A stretch of 64,000 nucleotides of DNA from a virus (lineage: Duplodnaviria; Caudoviricetes): positions 4,425-68,424 of IMG/VR virus record IMGVR_UViG_2928510474_000005. The stretch is one strand, 5' to 3'. The position numbers and the translations under genes are program-made. This document shows positions 9,145 to 18,684 of the stretch, one piece after another (the first letter of the stretch is position 1; every line of letters starts with the position of its first letter). Under the pieces are notes generated by a model. It did not search any database, was not told the origin of the DNA, and was given only the letters and a program-made list of their open reading frames with translations.

Positions 9145-9287
9145 ACGAGGATGTGGGTGGCGTCTCGGGGAGTTTCAGGACCGACCGAGGTAGCGCTGCG
9201 TAGCTAACGTATTCAAGGCGAGGGTGGACGCATCCTTTCCGTAATCCAACGCGCGAACTAAACAAACGAAAAGGGAGCGGATTATAT

Positions 9288-10094
9288 ATGAGTAACTTTA
9301 TTATCGGCGAGGACGCGTTTAACGCACCAACGGAAGCAGGCGGCGGTAACGACGTCGAATGGTCGAAGCTGAATTCCGGTATGTCGTACAAAGTCCGCGT
9401 ATTTAAAAACTATACGCAAGCGGCGATGAAGTTTCGAAATTACGGTATTTTCAAAGTCGTCAACTCATTCTCGGCGAAGAATCCGTCGACTAAGAACGCT
9501 AACGGATTTGCGGAAAGTAATTTAACGCCTTGGGACGCTGCGACAAAGTATTATACGGATTTAATGTTCAAGGCGATGGACGAAAAGAACGCGGCAGACG
9601 AGAAGAAGTATAAGCAGGAAGCCGGTAAGTATCGCGAGAAAGAACGTTTCGGCGTAGCATTCGTCGACCTTGACACAGGAACACCGGTACACTTCGATAT
9701 CTCGCCGAAACAGTGGGGCGTAATCCGAACGGCGTTACAGAAATACGCGGCGAATCTCGGATCAATCCCGTTCGAAATAGCGAAGACGGGCAGCGGTAAA
9801 GATACGGTATTATCGTTCATGCCGATTATGACGCAGCTCGAACCGCTTACCGATAAGCAACAGGCTAACTTCGATAAGTTTAACGATGTGGAATTCGATC
9901 CTAGCGTATTCGCTGGCTTCATGTACGAAATCGACGAAGCGGAACAGACGAAGTTACTTGTACAAGCGGGCTTCAACGTTAAGCTAATCGGACTTACTGC
10001 GCCGACTGACGAGGGCGAAGCGCCAGCGACGAATGATCCGTTTGCAACCGGCGGAGGGCCTATCGAAGTCGACGACGAAAGTTTGCCATTCTAA
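9288..10094 (+). CDS. Single-stranded DNA-binding protein (phage gp32/gp2.5-like)
   Basis: Acidic C-tail ending DDESLPF; OB-like core with KTGSGKDTVLSF; replication context. Confidence 0.78.
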   Translation: MSNFIIGEDAFNAPTEAGGGNDVEWSKLNSGMSYKVRVFKNYTQAAMKFRNYGIFKVVNSFSAKNPSTKNANGFAESNLTPWDAATKYYTDLMFKAMDEKNAADEKKYKQEAGKYREKERFGVAFVDLDTGTPVHFDISPKQWGVIRTALQKYAANLGSIPFEIAKTGSGKDTVLSFMPIMTQLEPLTDKQQANFDKFNDVEFDPSVFAGFMYEIDEAEQTKLLVQAGFNVKLIGLTAPTDEGEAPATNDPFATGGGPIEVDDESLPF

Positions 10095-10507
10095 TGATCG
10101 GCGGTCAAGCGCAATCAACGGGGAGCATCGGTCGCCACAGCGAACTGTTGGCGCAAACCGCTTTACTAGCGAATGGTTGGACGGTACTCGAGCCGATAGT
10201 CGCCGAGCCGTTCGACATCGCGGTAATGCGAAGAGGCGATAAGACGGCGCATTTAATCCAAGTAAAAACGATTATACGGCGTAATAAAAGCGGGCGGGAC
10301 TGGTTCGTCATCCGCGGCAAGAAGAATAACGGCGAAGTTTATACGCCCGACGACGCAGACTATTTCATAGGCGTGTACGATAACTGCGTCTATATGACGG
10401 AATGCCGGTCGATAAGTGAGTACTGGTGCGCGGTAGACGAAGTTGAAACGAAATGGACGCGGCTTTATACGACGATCGATTCTTACGATAATGCACCGAC
10501 ACTATAA
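10094..10507 (+). CDS. PD-(D/E)xK endonuclease
   Basis: EPFDIAV...IQVKT motif and DYFIGVY. Confidence 0.75.
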   Translation: MIGGQAQSTGSIGRHSELLAQTALLANGWTVLEPIVAEPFDIAVMRRGDKTAHLIQVKTIIRRNKSGRDWFVIRGKKNNGEVYTPDDADYFIGVYDNCVYMTECRSISEYWCAVDEVETKWTRLYTTIDSYDNAPTL

Positions 10508-10527
10508 CGAAATGGAGCGGATTACTT

Positions 10528-11301
10528 ATGGCGAAAATGACGATGGGTTTAGTGACATACGAAGGAACACCGGAGGAACTACGGGCGATTGTAGCGTCGT
10601 TTGAGGCGGTTGAAGACGTAACACCGGCGGAGGACACACCAGCACCTAAGACGGAAAAGCGTCACGCTAAAGTGGGTGAGAGGATTCTGATTACGAGGGA
10701 CGCTTCGTCGAATAGACAGTCCTACCGGTTAAACGATGTGCTAACGGTCACTAAGGCTGACGTCTTTTCGAAGGGCGACGTTAATGTCGAAGGTCAAGCG
10801 TCCTTTGTCGATTACTCCGAATACGAAGTAATCGTCGAAGCGGAGGAGCTAGTAGCCGAAAAACTTTCGCACAAAGGCGCCGACTACACGCTAGTGCAGC
10901 GTAAAGCACGACCGGGCGATGTCGTATATGTAACGAAGGATGCTGAAGGGACAGCAGCTATTCCGAACGATGCGAAGTATCTCGTCGACGTGGACGGCAA
11001 AATCGATGGCTACGAAGTCTACCCGAAGTATTATAAACGCACGGAAGCAAACGTCCTCGTCTACGAAGAAGTCGCGGAAGCGGACATCTTTACGAAACTC
11101 GGACGTAAGACGAATGAATACAGGGCGGGCGATATCGTAAAGGTAATAGATGGCGGGTGGGGCGAAATTAAAGACGGCGAAGTCGGCACTATCGTTAAAG
11201 ACGAGCATGACGACTTCCCATTAGTTCGCATACGAGGCTTCGAGCACTATAATTACGTCGAATTAATCGCGCCAGCCGAATCCCGAGTCGATACGAAATG
11301 A
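10528..11301 (+). CDS. Hypothetical protein with repeated KOW/SH3-like modules
   Basis: KVGERILIT, RPGDVVYVT, RAGDIVKVID; paralogous to 14621..15718 and 17776..18684. Confidence 0.75.
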   Translation: MAKMTMGLVTYEGTPEELRAIVASFEAVEDVTPAEDTPAPKTEKRHAKVGERILITRDASSNRQSYRLNDVLTVTKADVFSKGDVNVEGQASFVDYSEYEVIVEAEELVAEKLSHKGADYTLVQRKARPGDVVYVTKDAEGTAAIPNDAKYLVDVDGKIDGYEVYPKYYKRTEANVLVYEEVAEADIFTKLGRKTNEYRAGDIVKVIDGGWGEIKDGEVGTIVKDEHDDFPLVRIRGFEHYNYVELIAPAESRVDTK

Positions 11302-11465
11302 CCCCGGCAACCTGCGCCCAATGCACCGCAACAATTTCGCCTGAGGACGCGGCAGGCGACGAGCAAACGCAGGCTTACTACTGCTCGACGGACTGCTTCC
11401 GTGATTGGGCGGACGATAATTTCGAATTAATCACGGACTACTACGAACGGATGAACGTAAATTAG
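11298..11465 (+). CDS. 55-aa zinc-finger-like protein (not in ORF track)
   Basis: MTPATCAQC...YYCSTDCFRDW; CxxC plus CSxxC; ATGA overlap with the upstream gene. Confidence 0.68.
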   Translation: MTPATCAQCTATISPEDAAGDEQTQAYYCSTDCFRDWADDNFELITDYYERMNVN

Positions 11466-11481
11466 ACGAAATGGGGCGGAT
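11459..11481 (+). repeat. 23-bp direct repeat, copy 1
   Basis: AAATTAGACGAAATGGGGCGGAT, identical at 14593-14615. Confidence 0.85.
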
Positions 11482-11484
11482 AGT

Positions 11485-11727
11485 ATGACGAAAATTAGCG
11501 ATTTTATTGACGCAGAAGTCGAACGTATCGAAGCGCTAGATGGAAATCGGGTGGCGGACAACCTCGATATAATCGCGCAGAAAGTAGCGCAAAAATACGG
11601 GCATAAATGCGCGGTTGAGTATATCGGCGGCTTCGATAGTCCTGGATATGGAATCGACTGCTATGCGCTTGCCTACGTTGAGGACGGCGAGGTTAAGATT
11701 TACGCACATAACGAAATAAGCGAGTAA
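11485..11727 (+). CDS. Hypothetical protein
   Basis: 80 aa; SD within the repeat. Confidence 0.7.
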   Translation: MTKISDFIDAEVERIEALDGNRVADNLDIIAQKVAQKYGHKCAVEYIGGFDSPGYGIDCYALAYVEDGEVKIYAHNEISE

Positions 11728-11744
11728 CGCGGAGGTGATCGGAA

Positions 11745-14543
11745 ATGAACGACGTCAAACTAACGCTAAATATCCGACAGCCTCCTTCGACCAACGCCGG
11801 CGCGCTATCGAAGGCAGCTACGAAGAAACAAGCGGCGACCGAAACGATGGGCGAGGCGTGGGCGCGGATACTGGCGATGAATCTAACGGGTCCCGAGCGT
11901 GAAAAGGTCGGCGCTGGGCGCAAGGCATTTGCGGAAGGTAAAGCCGGCAGGACGCGTACCGGACGACTATCGAAAGGTGAAGCGCTCGAAATCGGAACGG
12001 TCCACCTCGAAGAAATCCGCAAGGGACAGCGCGCTGATCGTATCGCGGAAACACTTGCGACGAAGCCTGACAACTACTTCGTCATTACCGACGATGCTCA
12101 ATTAGAGTCGATGATTCAACGTCTCGACGACGAAGTACAGGCGCAACAATCTGACGAGTGGTTCCGAGGCTTGTTCGCCCAATACGACGATACGATTATC
12201 CGGCACAAACTGCTCGAGCAAGGCGTAGTCATACCAACGGTGAATTCGTTTACTGTATGGGACACGGAAACGAGCGGCACGGATATGCGCATCGATATGA
12301 CGGGCGGCTACTCGTTCTGGTTGCCGTTGCTGAACGAAGGTTATTACGTAGCTTACGGCCATTTAACGGACGATGCGCAATGTACACGATCAAAGGCGCT
12401 CGATATTGCGAAAGCATTCCTCGAAGACGCATCGCATATCAAAGCGTTTCACAACTCGCCATTTGACTATTCGATGATTCTGAACGACGGCCTAGCGCCG
12501 AAAGGATTCCGATATTGTTCGATGGATGCGTCGCAAATCATGAACGAGCACGAAGAGTCACACGGCTTGAAGTCGCTAACGGCTAAGTACAAGCGCTACA
12601 TCGGCGCCGAACACCTCGACGACTTTACATTCGAAGACTTATTCGGAAATGGATCGCCGCTGATATACTCGCCGGAAATCGTCGGCATCTACGCTATCAA
12701 GGACGTAGAAAAAGGCTGGCTACTGACGAAGTTTCAAATCGATATGATGCGCAAAACGGACAACCTCGACTATCCGTATTTCCAACTTCGGCAATATCTG
12801 ACGGAGGTTAATACGACAATCGAGCGAACAGGCTTCGTAGTCAATACGGATAAACTTGCGGAATTGGAAATCGAATTCACCGCTAAGCTCGAAGATGCTA
12901 AACGTCAGCTACACGAAGATTACGCGATCGACGCTAAGTTTCTGCGGGAAATGTCCCGGACACTTAAAGGCGATAAGATTCGCGGTTGGGTTACGGCACA
13001 ATCGGCACGCATCGATAAGCAAGCGGATATGTTAGCGAAATGCCGAACGGAGTTGAAGTCGGCAAATCCTACGACGAAGAAATACACGCAGCTCAAAGAG
13101 CGCATTCGTAAGTATGAATCGACTACGTTGCCCGAAGCAAAGCCGGAGAATGCGCCGGACTATATTCGCGAGTTTAACCTAAGTTCCGATCATCACCTCG
13201 GCTATCTAATTTACGACGTACTGAAAGTCGATGATAAGTCGAAGGTATTCGATAAGAAGAGCGAGCGGTTAACGAATAAGAAAGTCCTTGCGCTGTATTA
13301 CGAAAGGGAGCCTGCGCTAAAACCACTCGCAAAATATTCGGCGCTATCGACGTTGCTCGGGACGTTTGTAAAGAAGATTCCCCATGCGATGGATATTGAT
13401 GGGCGATTGCATACGAATCTTAAAACAGTATCAACCGGACGATATTCATCGAAGAGCTATGCCGGTAAATCGAATTCGTTATTCGTAGACAATATCACCG
13501 ACGACAATTTCCTCGATTATATTCGCGCAGTTATCGACGCGCCAAAAGGGACGAAGAAGGGGACGAACCTCCAAAACATCCCGGCGCGGACCGACGACGG
13601 TAAGCGCGTGAGGAAAGCGTTCGAACCGGCGCCCGGGTTCATATTCCTCGGTTCGGATTTATCGTCGATAGAGCCTCGGATACAGGCGCATCGAATGGCT
13701 ACGGAATTCGGCGATGAATCTTTCGCGGAAATGTTTCGTAAGGGACTCGACCCATATACGGAATTTGCTGCGATACTATTCGAAGTTTCGACGGAAGTTT
13801 GTACGGATGCCTACTATAGTAGCGTCGAAGGCACGGCAGATGCGGTGCCGGACTATCGGAAAGCGATGAAGCAGATGTTTCTTGCGATTGGGTACGGACA
13901 GGCATTCGATATGTTCCTGCAAGGCGTTATCCCATTCGGAATTGGTGAGGAACAGGCGCGGATGGCGTTCGATAAGTTCGACGAAATACTTCCCGGATTC
14001 AAAGGGATGGTTAACGCTACATTCGAACATCTAAGAGAGCACGGCTGGACGGCTTCGATATTCCACCAAAAGCGAAGGTTTCCGGGCTATGTCGAAAAAT
14101 ACAAACGGTTATGTACGTTGATGAAGCGAGCCGGCATTACGGATAAGAACGATCCCGAACTCGGCAAGAAATCGAACAAGCTTCGCAAAGGCGGTAATGG
14201 CGACGCGGTTAACGAGTTTTGGGACTTAATGCGATTTACCGGTGGCTGCGAGCGTGCGGCGTTCAACCAAACGATTCAGTCCTCCGGCGCGCAAGTGTTG
14301 CAGTTCTGCATGATACGCAGCTATTACGAATTGACGTTAGAGCGCGGATGGGAGTTCAACCTTACGTTGCATGACGAACAGAAGCATAGCTGTCCGAAAG
14401 ACCAATTGACGCCGGAAGTTGTCGAGCTGTATACGGATATCATGACGAATACGATTACGCTCGAGGTCCCGTTGAAGTCGGATACCGTAATCGAGCCGAG
14501 GTGGATGGAAGAATACGGCGCGGACGAATGGTTCCGGGAATAA
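11745..14543 (+). CDS. polA: DNA polymerase, family A (3'-5' exonuclease + polymerase)
   Basis: Exo WDTETSG and FHNSPFD; TGRYSS...NLQNIP; motif A SDLSSIEPR; motif B RKAMKQMFLAIGYG; motif C LHDE. Confidence 0.95.
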   Translation: MNDVKLTLNIRQPPSTNAGALSKAATKKQAATETMGEAWARILAMNLTGPEREKVGAGRKAFAEGKAGRTRTGRLSKGEALEIGTVHLEEIRKGQRADRIAETLATKPDNYFVITDDAQLESMIQRLDDEVQAQQSDEWFRGLFAQYDDTIIRHKLLEQGVVIPTVNSFTVWDTETSGTDMRIDMTGGYSFWLPLLNEGYYVAYGHLTDDAQCTRSKALDIAKAFLEDASHIKAFHNSPFDYSMILNDGLAPKGFRYCSMDASQIMNEHEESHGLKSLTAKYKRYIGAEHLDDFTFEDLFGNGSPLIYSPEIVGIYAIKDVEKGWLLTKFQIDMMRKTDNLDYPYFQLRQYLTEVNTTIERTGFVVNTDKLAELEIEFTAKLEDAKRQLHEDYAIDAKFLREMSRTLKGDKIRGWVTAQSARIDKQADMLAKCRTELKSANPTTKKYTQLKERIRKYESTTLPEAKPENAPDYIREFNLSSDHHLGYLIYDVLKVDDKSKVFDKKSERLTNKKVLALYYEREPALKPLAKYSALSTLLGTFVKKIPHAMDIDGRLHTNLKTVSTGRYSSKSYAGKSNSLFVDNITDDNFLDYIRAVIDAPKGTKKGTNLQNIPARTDDGKRVRKAFEPAPGFIFLGSDLSSIEPRIQAHRMATEFGDESFAEMFRKGLDPYTEFAAILFEVSTEVCTDAYYSSVEGTADAVPDYRKAMKQMFLAIGYGQAFDMFLQGVIPFGIGEEQARMAFDKFDEILPGFKGMVNATFEHLREHGWTASIFHQKRRFPGYVEKYKRLCTLMKRAGITDKNDPELGKKSNKLRKGGNGDAVNEFWDLMRFTGGCERAAFNQTIQSSGAQVLQFCMIRSYYELTLERGWEFNLTLHDEQKHSCPKDQLTPEVVELYTDIMTNTITLEVPLKSDTVIEPRWMEEYGADEWFRE

Positions 14544-14570
14544 CTCCGCACAAAGCGATTCCAAACGATA
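14543..14570 (+). promoter_or_regulatory. Putative phage-sigma promoter, copy 2
   Basis: ACTCCGCAC-N12-AACGATA. Confidence 0.75.
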
Positions 14571-14592
14571 TAACAAGTAGAAGTCGTAACGC

Positions 14593-14615
14593 AAATTAGA
14601 CGAAATGGGGCGGAT
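14593..14615 (+). repeat. 23-bp direct repeat, copy 2
   Basis: Identical to 11459-11481. Confidence 0.85.
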
Positions 14616-14620
14616 TATTA

Positions 14621-15718
14621 ATGGCGAAACTACAAAACGTAACTACGGTAAATATGATCGACGGAGAAATTACGGCAATTAAGTATAACGGCGCGGTTTA
14701 TACGAAAGTAGACGGAATCGCTTGTGGGTCCGATGTAGTGGACGGAGATATCGGACTAATTTCGGAAGAAGCTGCGCTCGCTTCGTTTCACGCAAATTCT
14801 TACTACGAGGCTAAGACGCGTACAGGATCATCAAGGTTTATACGTTTCAAAGCGGGAAATGACGGACGGGCGGACGGAATCAAACTCAATAGGGTAACGT
14901 TATTCCGCAAAGCCGAAACTACAACCGCAAGCGCTCCATTCGCCGAAATGGTCGTCAGCCGAGTAGAAGCGGTAGAAAAGCGTATGAATGCGATTGAGAC
15001 GAAGTTGGCGCCGGAAAGCGAAGCGCTGAAAGTCGGAGATTACGTCGTAATAAAGCCGTCTGGCTACTTATTAAAAACGTATAAAGTCGGCGACATACTC
15101 CTAATTACCGGATTCCGAGGGAACGGTTTTCCAATCGTCAAGGCGGACGACAGGGAGTCGGAGTTTATGAATACGGCGCAAATCCGTAAAGCAACCGACG
15201 CCGAAGTCGCGGCAGCGATGGCACCCCCGAAGCCTAAAACGGGCGACATCGTAGTCATTACGGCGAATACGAACAACAGCAACAATTACGTTGGCGATAT
15301 CGGAAAGGTTGGCGAGTGTAGAACATCCGTTGCGAGAGTCGAAGTTGTAGGTGGTCGTACCGTCGGCAACTGGACGTACTATACCGAAATGCGCCTCGCA
15401 ACGCCTGCGGAAATTAAGCAATACGAGGATGGCGTGAGGCAGGCGGAAGTAGTGGCGAAGCAGGCAGCGAAAGATTCCGTATTCACCAAAGCCGGCCGAA
15501 AGTATAAAGAACTCCGCAAAGACGATGTTGTTCGGATTACAGACGGGAGTGGTCACAATTTAGACGTAGGTGACGTCGGGATAATTACGGAATTAAGTAA
15601 CAGTTTTTATCGCGTAACTGTTTCCGGGAAGATGGACGCAGGTAACCTCACTATGGCGAAACAGCTTGAAATCGTCTGCTTTGCGGAAAATCGCGTCGAT
15701 GCGAAAGGAGCGTGCTGA
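14621..15718 (+). CDS. Hypothetical protein with repeated KOW/SH3-like modules
   Basis: LKVGDYVVI, YKVGDILLIT, PKTGDIVVIT; the C-terminal FTKAGRK...AENRVDAK resembles the end of 10528..11301. Confidence 0.78.
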   Translation: MAKLQNVTTVNMIDGEITAIKYNGAVYTKVDGIACGSDVVDGDIGLISEEAALASFHANSYYEAKTRTGSSRFIRFKAGNDGRADGIKLNRVTLFRKAETTTASAPFAEMVVSRVEAVEKRMNAIETKLAPESEALKVGDYVVIKPSGYLLKTYKVGDILLITGFRGNGFPIVKADDRESEFMNTAQIRKATDAEVAAAMAPPKPKTGDIVVITANTNNSNNYVGDIGKVGECRTSVARVEVVGGRTVGNWTYYTEMRLATPAEIKQYEDGVRQAEVVAKQAAKDSVFTKAGRKYKELRKDDVVRITDGSGHNLDVGDVGIITELSNSFYRVTVSGKMDAGNLTMAKQLEIVCFAENRVDAKGAC

Positions 15719-15719
15719 T

Positions 15720-15983
15720 ATGAAAGTAGTTCAAACGGTATTCACCGGAAATTGCTGGCGTTCGGGCGAAGATAACGTTGATCAACGTGTAGAGGTTGCG
15801 CTGATTGACGACGAAGGACTCGACGTAATGAGCGTAGGATTTTCGGAAGGTGAGCCGGAAGATATGACGCTTAATCGCGATTTGAACGACGCTTATAGTA
15901 TAGCGGATTTAGTCGAGAAGGTTTACGAATTAGGGCGCGGTGGCGTCGTAGTTACGTTCGAAAGTAATACGGAAGAATACTGA
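15720..15983 (+). CDS. Hypothetical acidic protein
   Basis: ATG at 15720 (MKVVQTV) with SD AAAGGAG, in frame with track ORF 15666..15983. Confidence 0.65.
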   Translation: MKVVQTVFTGNCWRSGEDNVDQRVEVALIDDEGLDVMSVGFSEGEPEDMTLNRDLNDAYSIADLVEKVYELGRGGVVVTFESNTEEY

Positions 15984-15990
15984 CGGAATA

Positions 15991-16018
15991 ACTCCGCACT
16001 TGCGGGTGCCGAACGATA
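15991..16018 (+). promoter_or_regulatory. Putative phage-sigma promoter, copy 3
   Basis: ACTCCGCAC-N12-AACGATA. Confidence 0.75.
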
Positions 16019-16040
16019 TTACTATTATGGAGGCGATAAT

Positions 16041-17054
16041 TTGACGGTAAATATGACGGAATTAGCGCAAGACTTTACGGACTACCTCAACGAGTGGCAT
16101 TCGCACCAACAACCTTATGATGATCTTATGGATGCGGAAGTTTACGAACAGTTCGCGGCTGAATTACGCAAGCAGTCGAAATGGGGTTATTACGATTGGT
16201 CGAAACCGCGACCACACTTCGGACCATCCTCGGCAGCACGGAGCGAGCGGGAACTGTACGAAAAGGCACGGAAGGCGCCACGCGATACTAGGCCGGCAGC
16301 CCCTCACCAACGCAGATGGACGGCGCTAGGCGAATCAATTGGCGGAATGCTACAGCGTGAAATACTGCTCGCCGAACGACATTATCCGAAGCTTACCGGC
16401 AAGCCGGCGAGATTCCGATTCGCACGAACGCCGGCAGGAGCGCCAATGTACGAGCATTTTACGAAGAAGATGCACGAGGTTGCGTATGACGGCGAAGACT
16501 TCGCTATCTTCGGTCTGGGTGACGGCATCCTCGAATATGTGGCGCAATCTGGCGAAGTAACGCGCATCGGACTCGAGATTAAATCGCGTCAGACATCGTA
16601 TGCAGAGACCGGCCCATTCCGCATGAAAGACGTTAATCCCGATCACTACTTGCAAACCGTTTGCTATTCCGAGATGTACGGCCTCGATTATTTCCTCACC
16701 GTATATGTGAATTCGTCGAAGAAGGCGTGGAATATGACGGACGAGGAACGCGTTAAATCGCCTGACTTCCGTGTCTTCGGGTATGAAATCAGCGAGGACG
16801 CTAGGAACGAAGTCAAGGCGAAGTTTGCTCGAGTTACGAAGGCAGCTCGCGAAGGCAATGCGCCGAAAGTCGACCTCGATAGTTGGTCATTCAACGATTA
16901 TAAGGCGCAGATTGCACGGACTATCAGCGAAGATGACTTCGAGGAATTACGCTCACAGGCGATTCGTATGCAACATTCGTCATTACCGGATTGGCAGAAG
17001 CGGAAATATGCGGAAGCGGTCGACTATATTACGGGGGTGAGGTCGAGTGCCTAA
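16041..17054 (+). CDS. PD-(D/E)xK exonuclease (RecB/Cas4-like phage recombination nuclease)
   Basis: FGPSSA, GLGDGIL...GLEIKS, HYLQTVCYS. Confidence 0.8.
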   Translation: MTVNMTELAQDFTDYLNEWHSHQQPYDDLMDAEVYEQFAAELRKQSKWGYYDWSKPRPHFGPSSAARSERELYEKARKAPRDTRPAAPHQRRWTALGESIGGMLQREILLAERHYPKLTGKPARFRFARTPAGAPMYEHFTKKMHEVAYDGEDFAIFGLGDGILEYVAQSGEVTRIGLEIKSRQTSYAETGPFRMKDVNPDHYLQTVCYSEMYGLDYFLTVYVNSSKKAWNMTDEERVKSPDFRVFGYEISEDARNEVKAKFARVTKAAREGNAPKVDLDSWSFNDYKAQIARTISEDDFEELRSQAIRMQHSSLPDWQKRKYAEAVDYITGVRSSA

Positions 17055-17772
17055 AAAACTAACATTCGAAGATGTCAAAAAAGAATTTGATAGCCGAGGC
17101 TGCACTCTTCTTTCTACTGAATACAAAAACCAATCAACCAAACTAGACTATATTTGCGAGTGCGGGCACACAACAACTACTCGATTCTCTAACTTTAAAA
17201 GGGGTCATAAGTGCAAACAATGTCGATCGGCTATGGTATCGAAAGCACGAAAATTCACTCATGAACAAGTCAAAGAGATGTTCGAGGTTGAGGGTTGCGT
17301 ACTCATTAGCTTAGAATATCACGGTAATTCCATACCCCTTGAATACAAGTGCGTTTGTGGAAATTTATCTAGGATTGCCCTTTCTAACTTTCGTAGAGGT
17401 ACGCGGTGTATGAATTGTGGGATGGATAAGTTACGGGGCGAGAATAATCATCAATGGAACCCTGATAAGGCCCATGACACTCGGAATACACGGGAATATA
17501 GGGAGTGGCGGAAATCTGTCCTAGAGAGGGATGAATATTACTGTCAGAAGTGCGGGGAACGACATTGGGCAATGACCGCACATCACGTGGTTAATTTCGG
17601 AGAGGATGCGAGTATGAGATACGACATAGATAACGGCATCTCATTATGTCGAAAGTGTCATGTCGATTTCCACACTCAATTCGGTTTTAAAAAGAATGAC
17701 GGCGAGCAGATTTTGGAGTATCTTTCAGAAGTTTCTGCTGACCCGTGGTATGCGGGCGAAACATTCGATTGA
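17047..17772 (+). CDS. HNH endonuclease with two N-terminal Zn-ribbon repeats
   Basis: Tandem repeats (STEYKN...DYICECGH...FSNFKRGHKCKQC and SLEYHG...EYKCVCGN...LSNFRRGTRCMNC); C-terminal CQKCG...AHHV...DNGISLCRKCHVDFH. Confidence 0.88.
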   Translation: MPKKLTFEDVKKEFDSRGCTLLSTEYKNQSTKLDYICECGHTTTTRFSNFKRGHKCKQCRSAMVSKARKFTHEQVKEMFEVEGCVLISLEYHGNSIPLEYKCVCGNLSRIALSNFRRGTRCMNCGMDKLRGENNHQWNPDKAHDTRNTREYREWRKSVLERDEYYCQKCGERHWAMTAHHVVNFGEDASMRYDIDNGISLCRKCHVDFHTQFGFKKNDGEQILEYLSEVSADPWYAGETFD

Positions 17773-17775
17773 CAT

Positions 17776-18684
17776 ATGAAAGGGGACGTTACAATGACGA
17801 AGTTTAAGACGGTAAAGCGCAAGGCTAACGTAGGGGAGCGCATTCTAATTACGTATGGTTTTCCTACGCACGACTATAAAGACGGAGATATTCTGACGGT
17901 GGGGGACAAAGATAGCGTTGGAGTTTATGCAATTGGAGCGGAATGCCACATCGGACACGACGAATACGAAGTCATCGAAGTTAAGCCGGACACCTACCGC
18001 AGGCTCTCCGAAGCCGAGGCGAAGATTGCAACGCTCGAAGCGGAAGTTAAGGCGTTGAAGACGTCGAAAGAACCCCGCGTTGATATCGATATGATCGCTA
18101 GTGCGCTATCAGCGCGATTGGCAAACGAAACATCGGTACCGAGAGGACATTCGAAGTCGCGATATATGGAGGAACTCGCTAAAGCGTCAATTACGCCAAA
18201 TCAGCGCAGAGCCGACGTAATCAAGCGAGCGCAGGCGTTTGTGGCTGACTTGGAAGAGCGTGCAGTAGGCATCGGTAATAATGAAGGCGGTAACGCTACG
18301 TTCAGACAGCGGACAACGCATATTAAGTTCTATGTTAACGCCGAGAAACGCGTAGTGACCGCACTCGCGCTCGGAAGATATAGCGGAAAATTATATGAAA
18401 AAGCCTTCGCCAAATGCTCGCCTGGCGACGTATTCAACGCCGATATCGGAAAGGCAGTCGCATTAGGTCGAGCACTCGGCGTCATGGTGCCGAAGGAATT
18501 TACGGATGCGGTAAAGCCGACGGAGGTTGTCGTTGGGATGGTCGCGGAAGTTGAAGGTAACGCGCACCCGTATAAGGAACGTATCATCTCGGGAGACGGT
18601 AAGATGCACAGCGTGACTAAGATACGTAACAACCCGCGAAATCTGCGCAAAATACTTGACGACACCGACGCGGTTTACGTATGA
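17776..18684 (+). CDS. Hypothetical protein (KOW/SH3-like N-terminus, coiled coil, conserved phage C-domain)
   Basis: KRKANVGERILIT...HDEYEVI; AKCSPGDVFNADIGKAVALGRA. True start may be the ATG of MTKFKT. Confidence 0.75.
   Translation: MKGDVTMTKFKTVKRKANVGERILITYGFPTHDYKDGDILTVGDKDSVGVYAIGAECHIGHDEYEVIEVKPDTYRRLSEAEAKIATLEAEVKALKTSKEPRVDIDMIASALSARLANETSVPRGHSKSRYMEELAKASITPNQRRADVIKRAQAFVADLEERAVGIGNNEGGNATFRQRTTHIKFYVNAEKRVVTALALGRYSGKLYEKAFAKCSPGDVFNADIGKAVALGRALGVMVPKEFTDAVKPTEVVVGMVAEVEGNAHPYKERIISGDGKMHSVTKIRNNPRNLRKILDDTDAVYV

Noticed and set aside
16041-17054. Cas4-like nuclease as evidence of a CRISPR system
   Set aside because: No cas1/cas2 and no repeat-spacer array seen; the context is phage recombination/replication.
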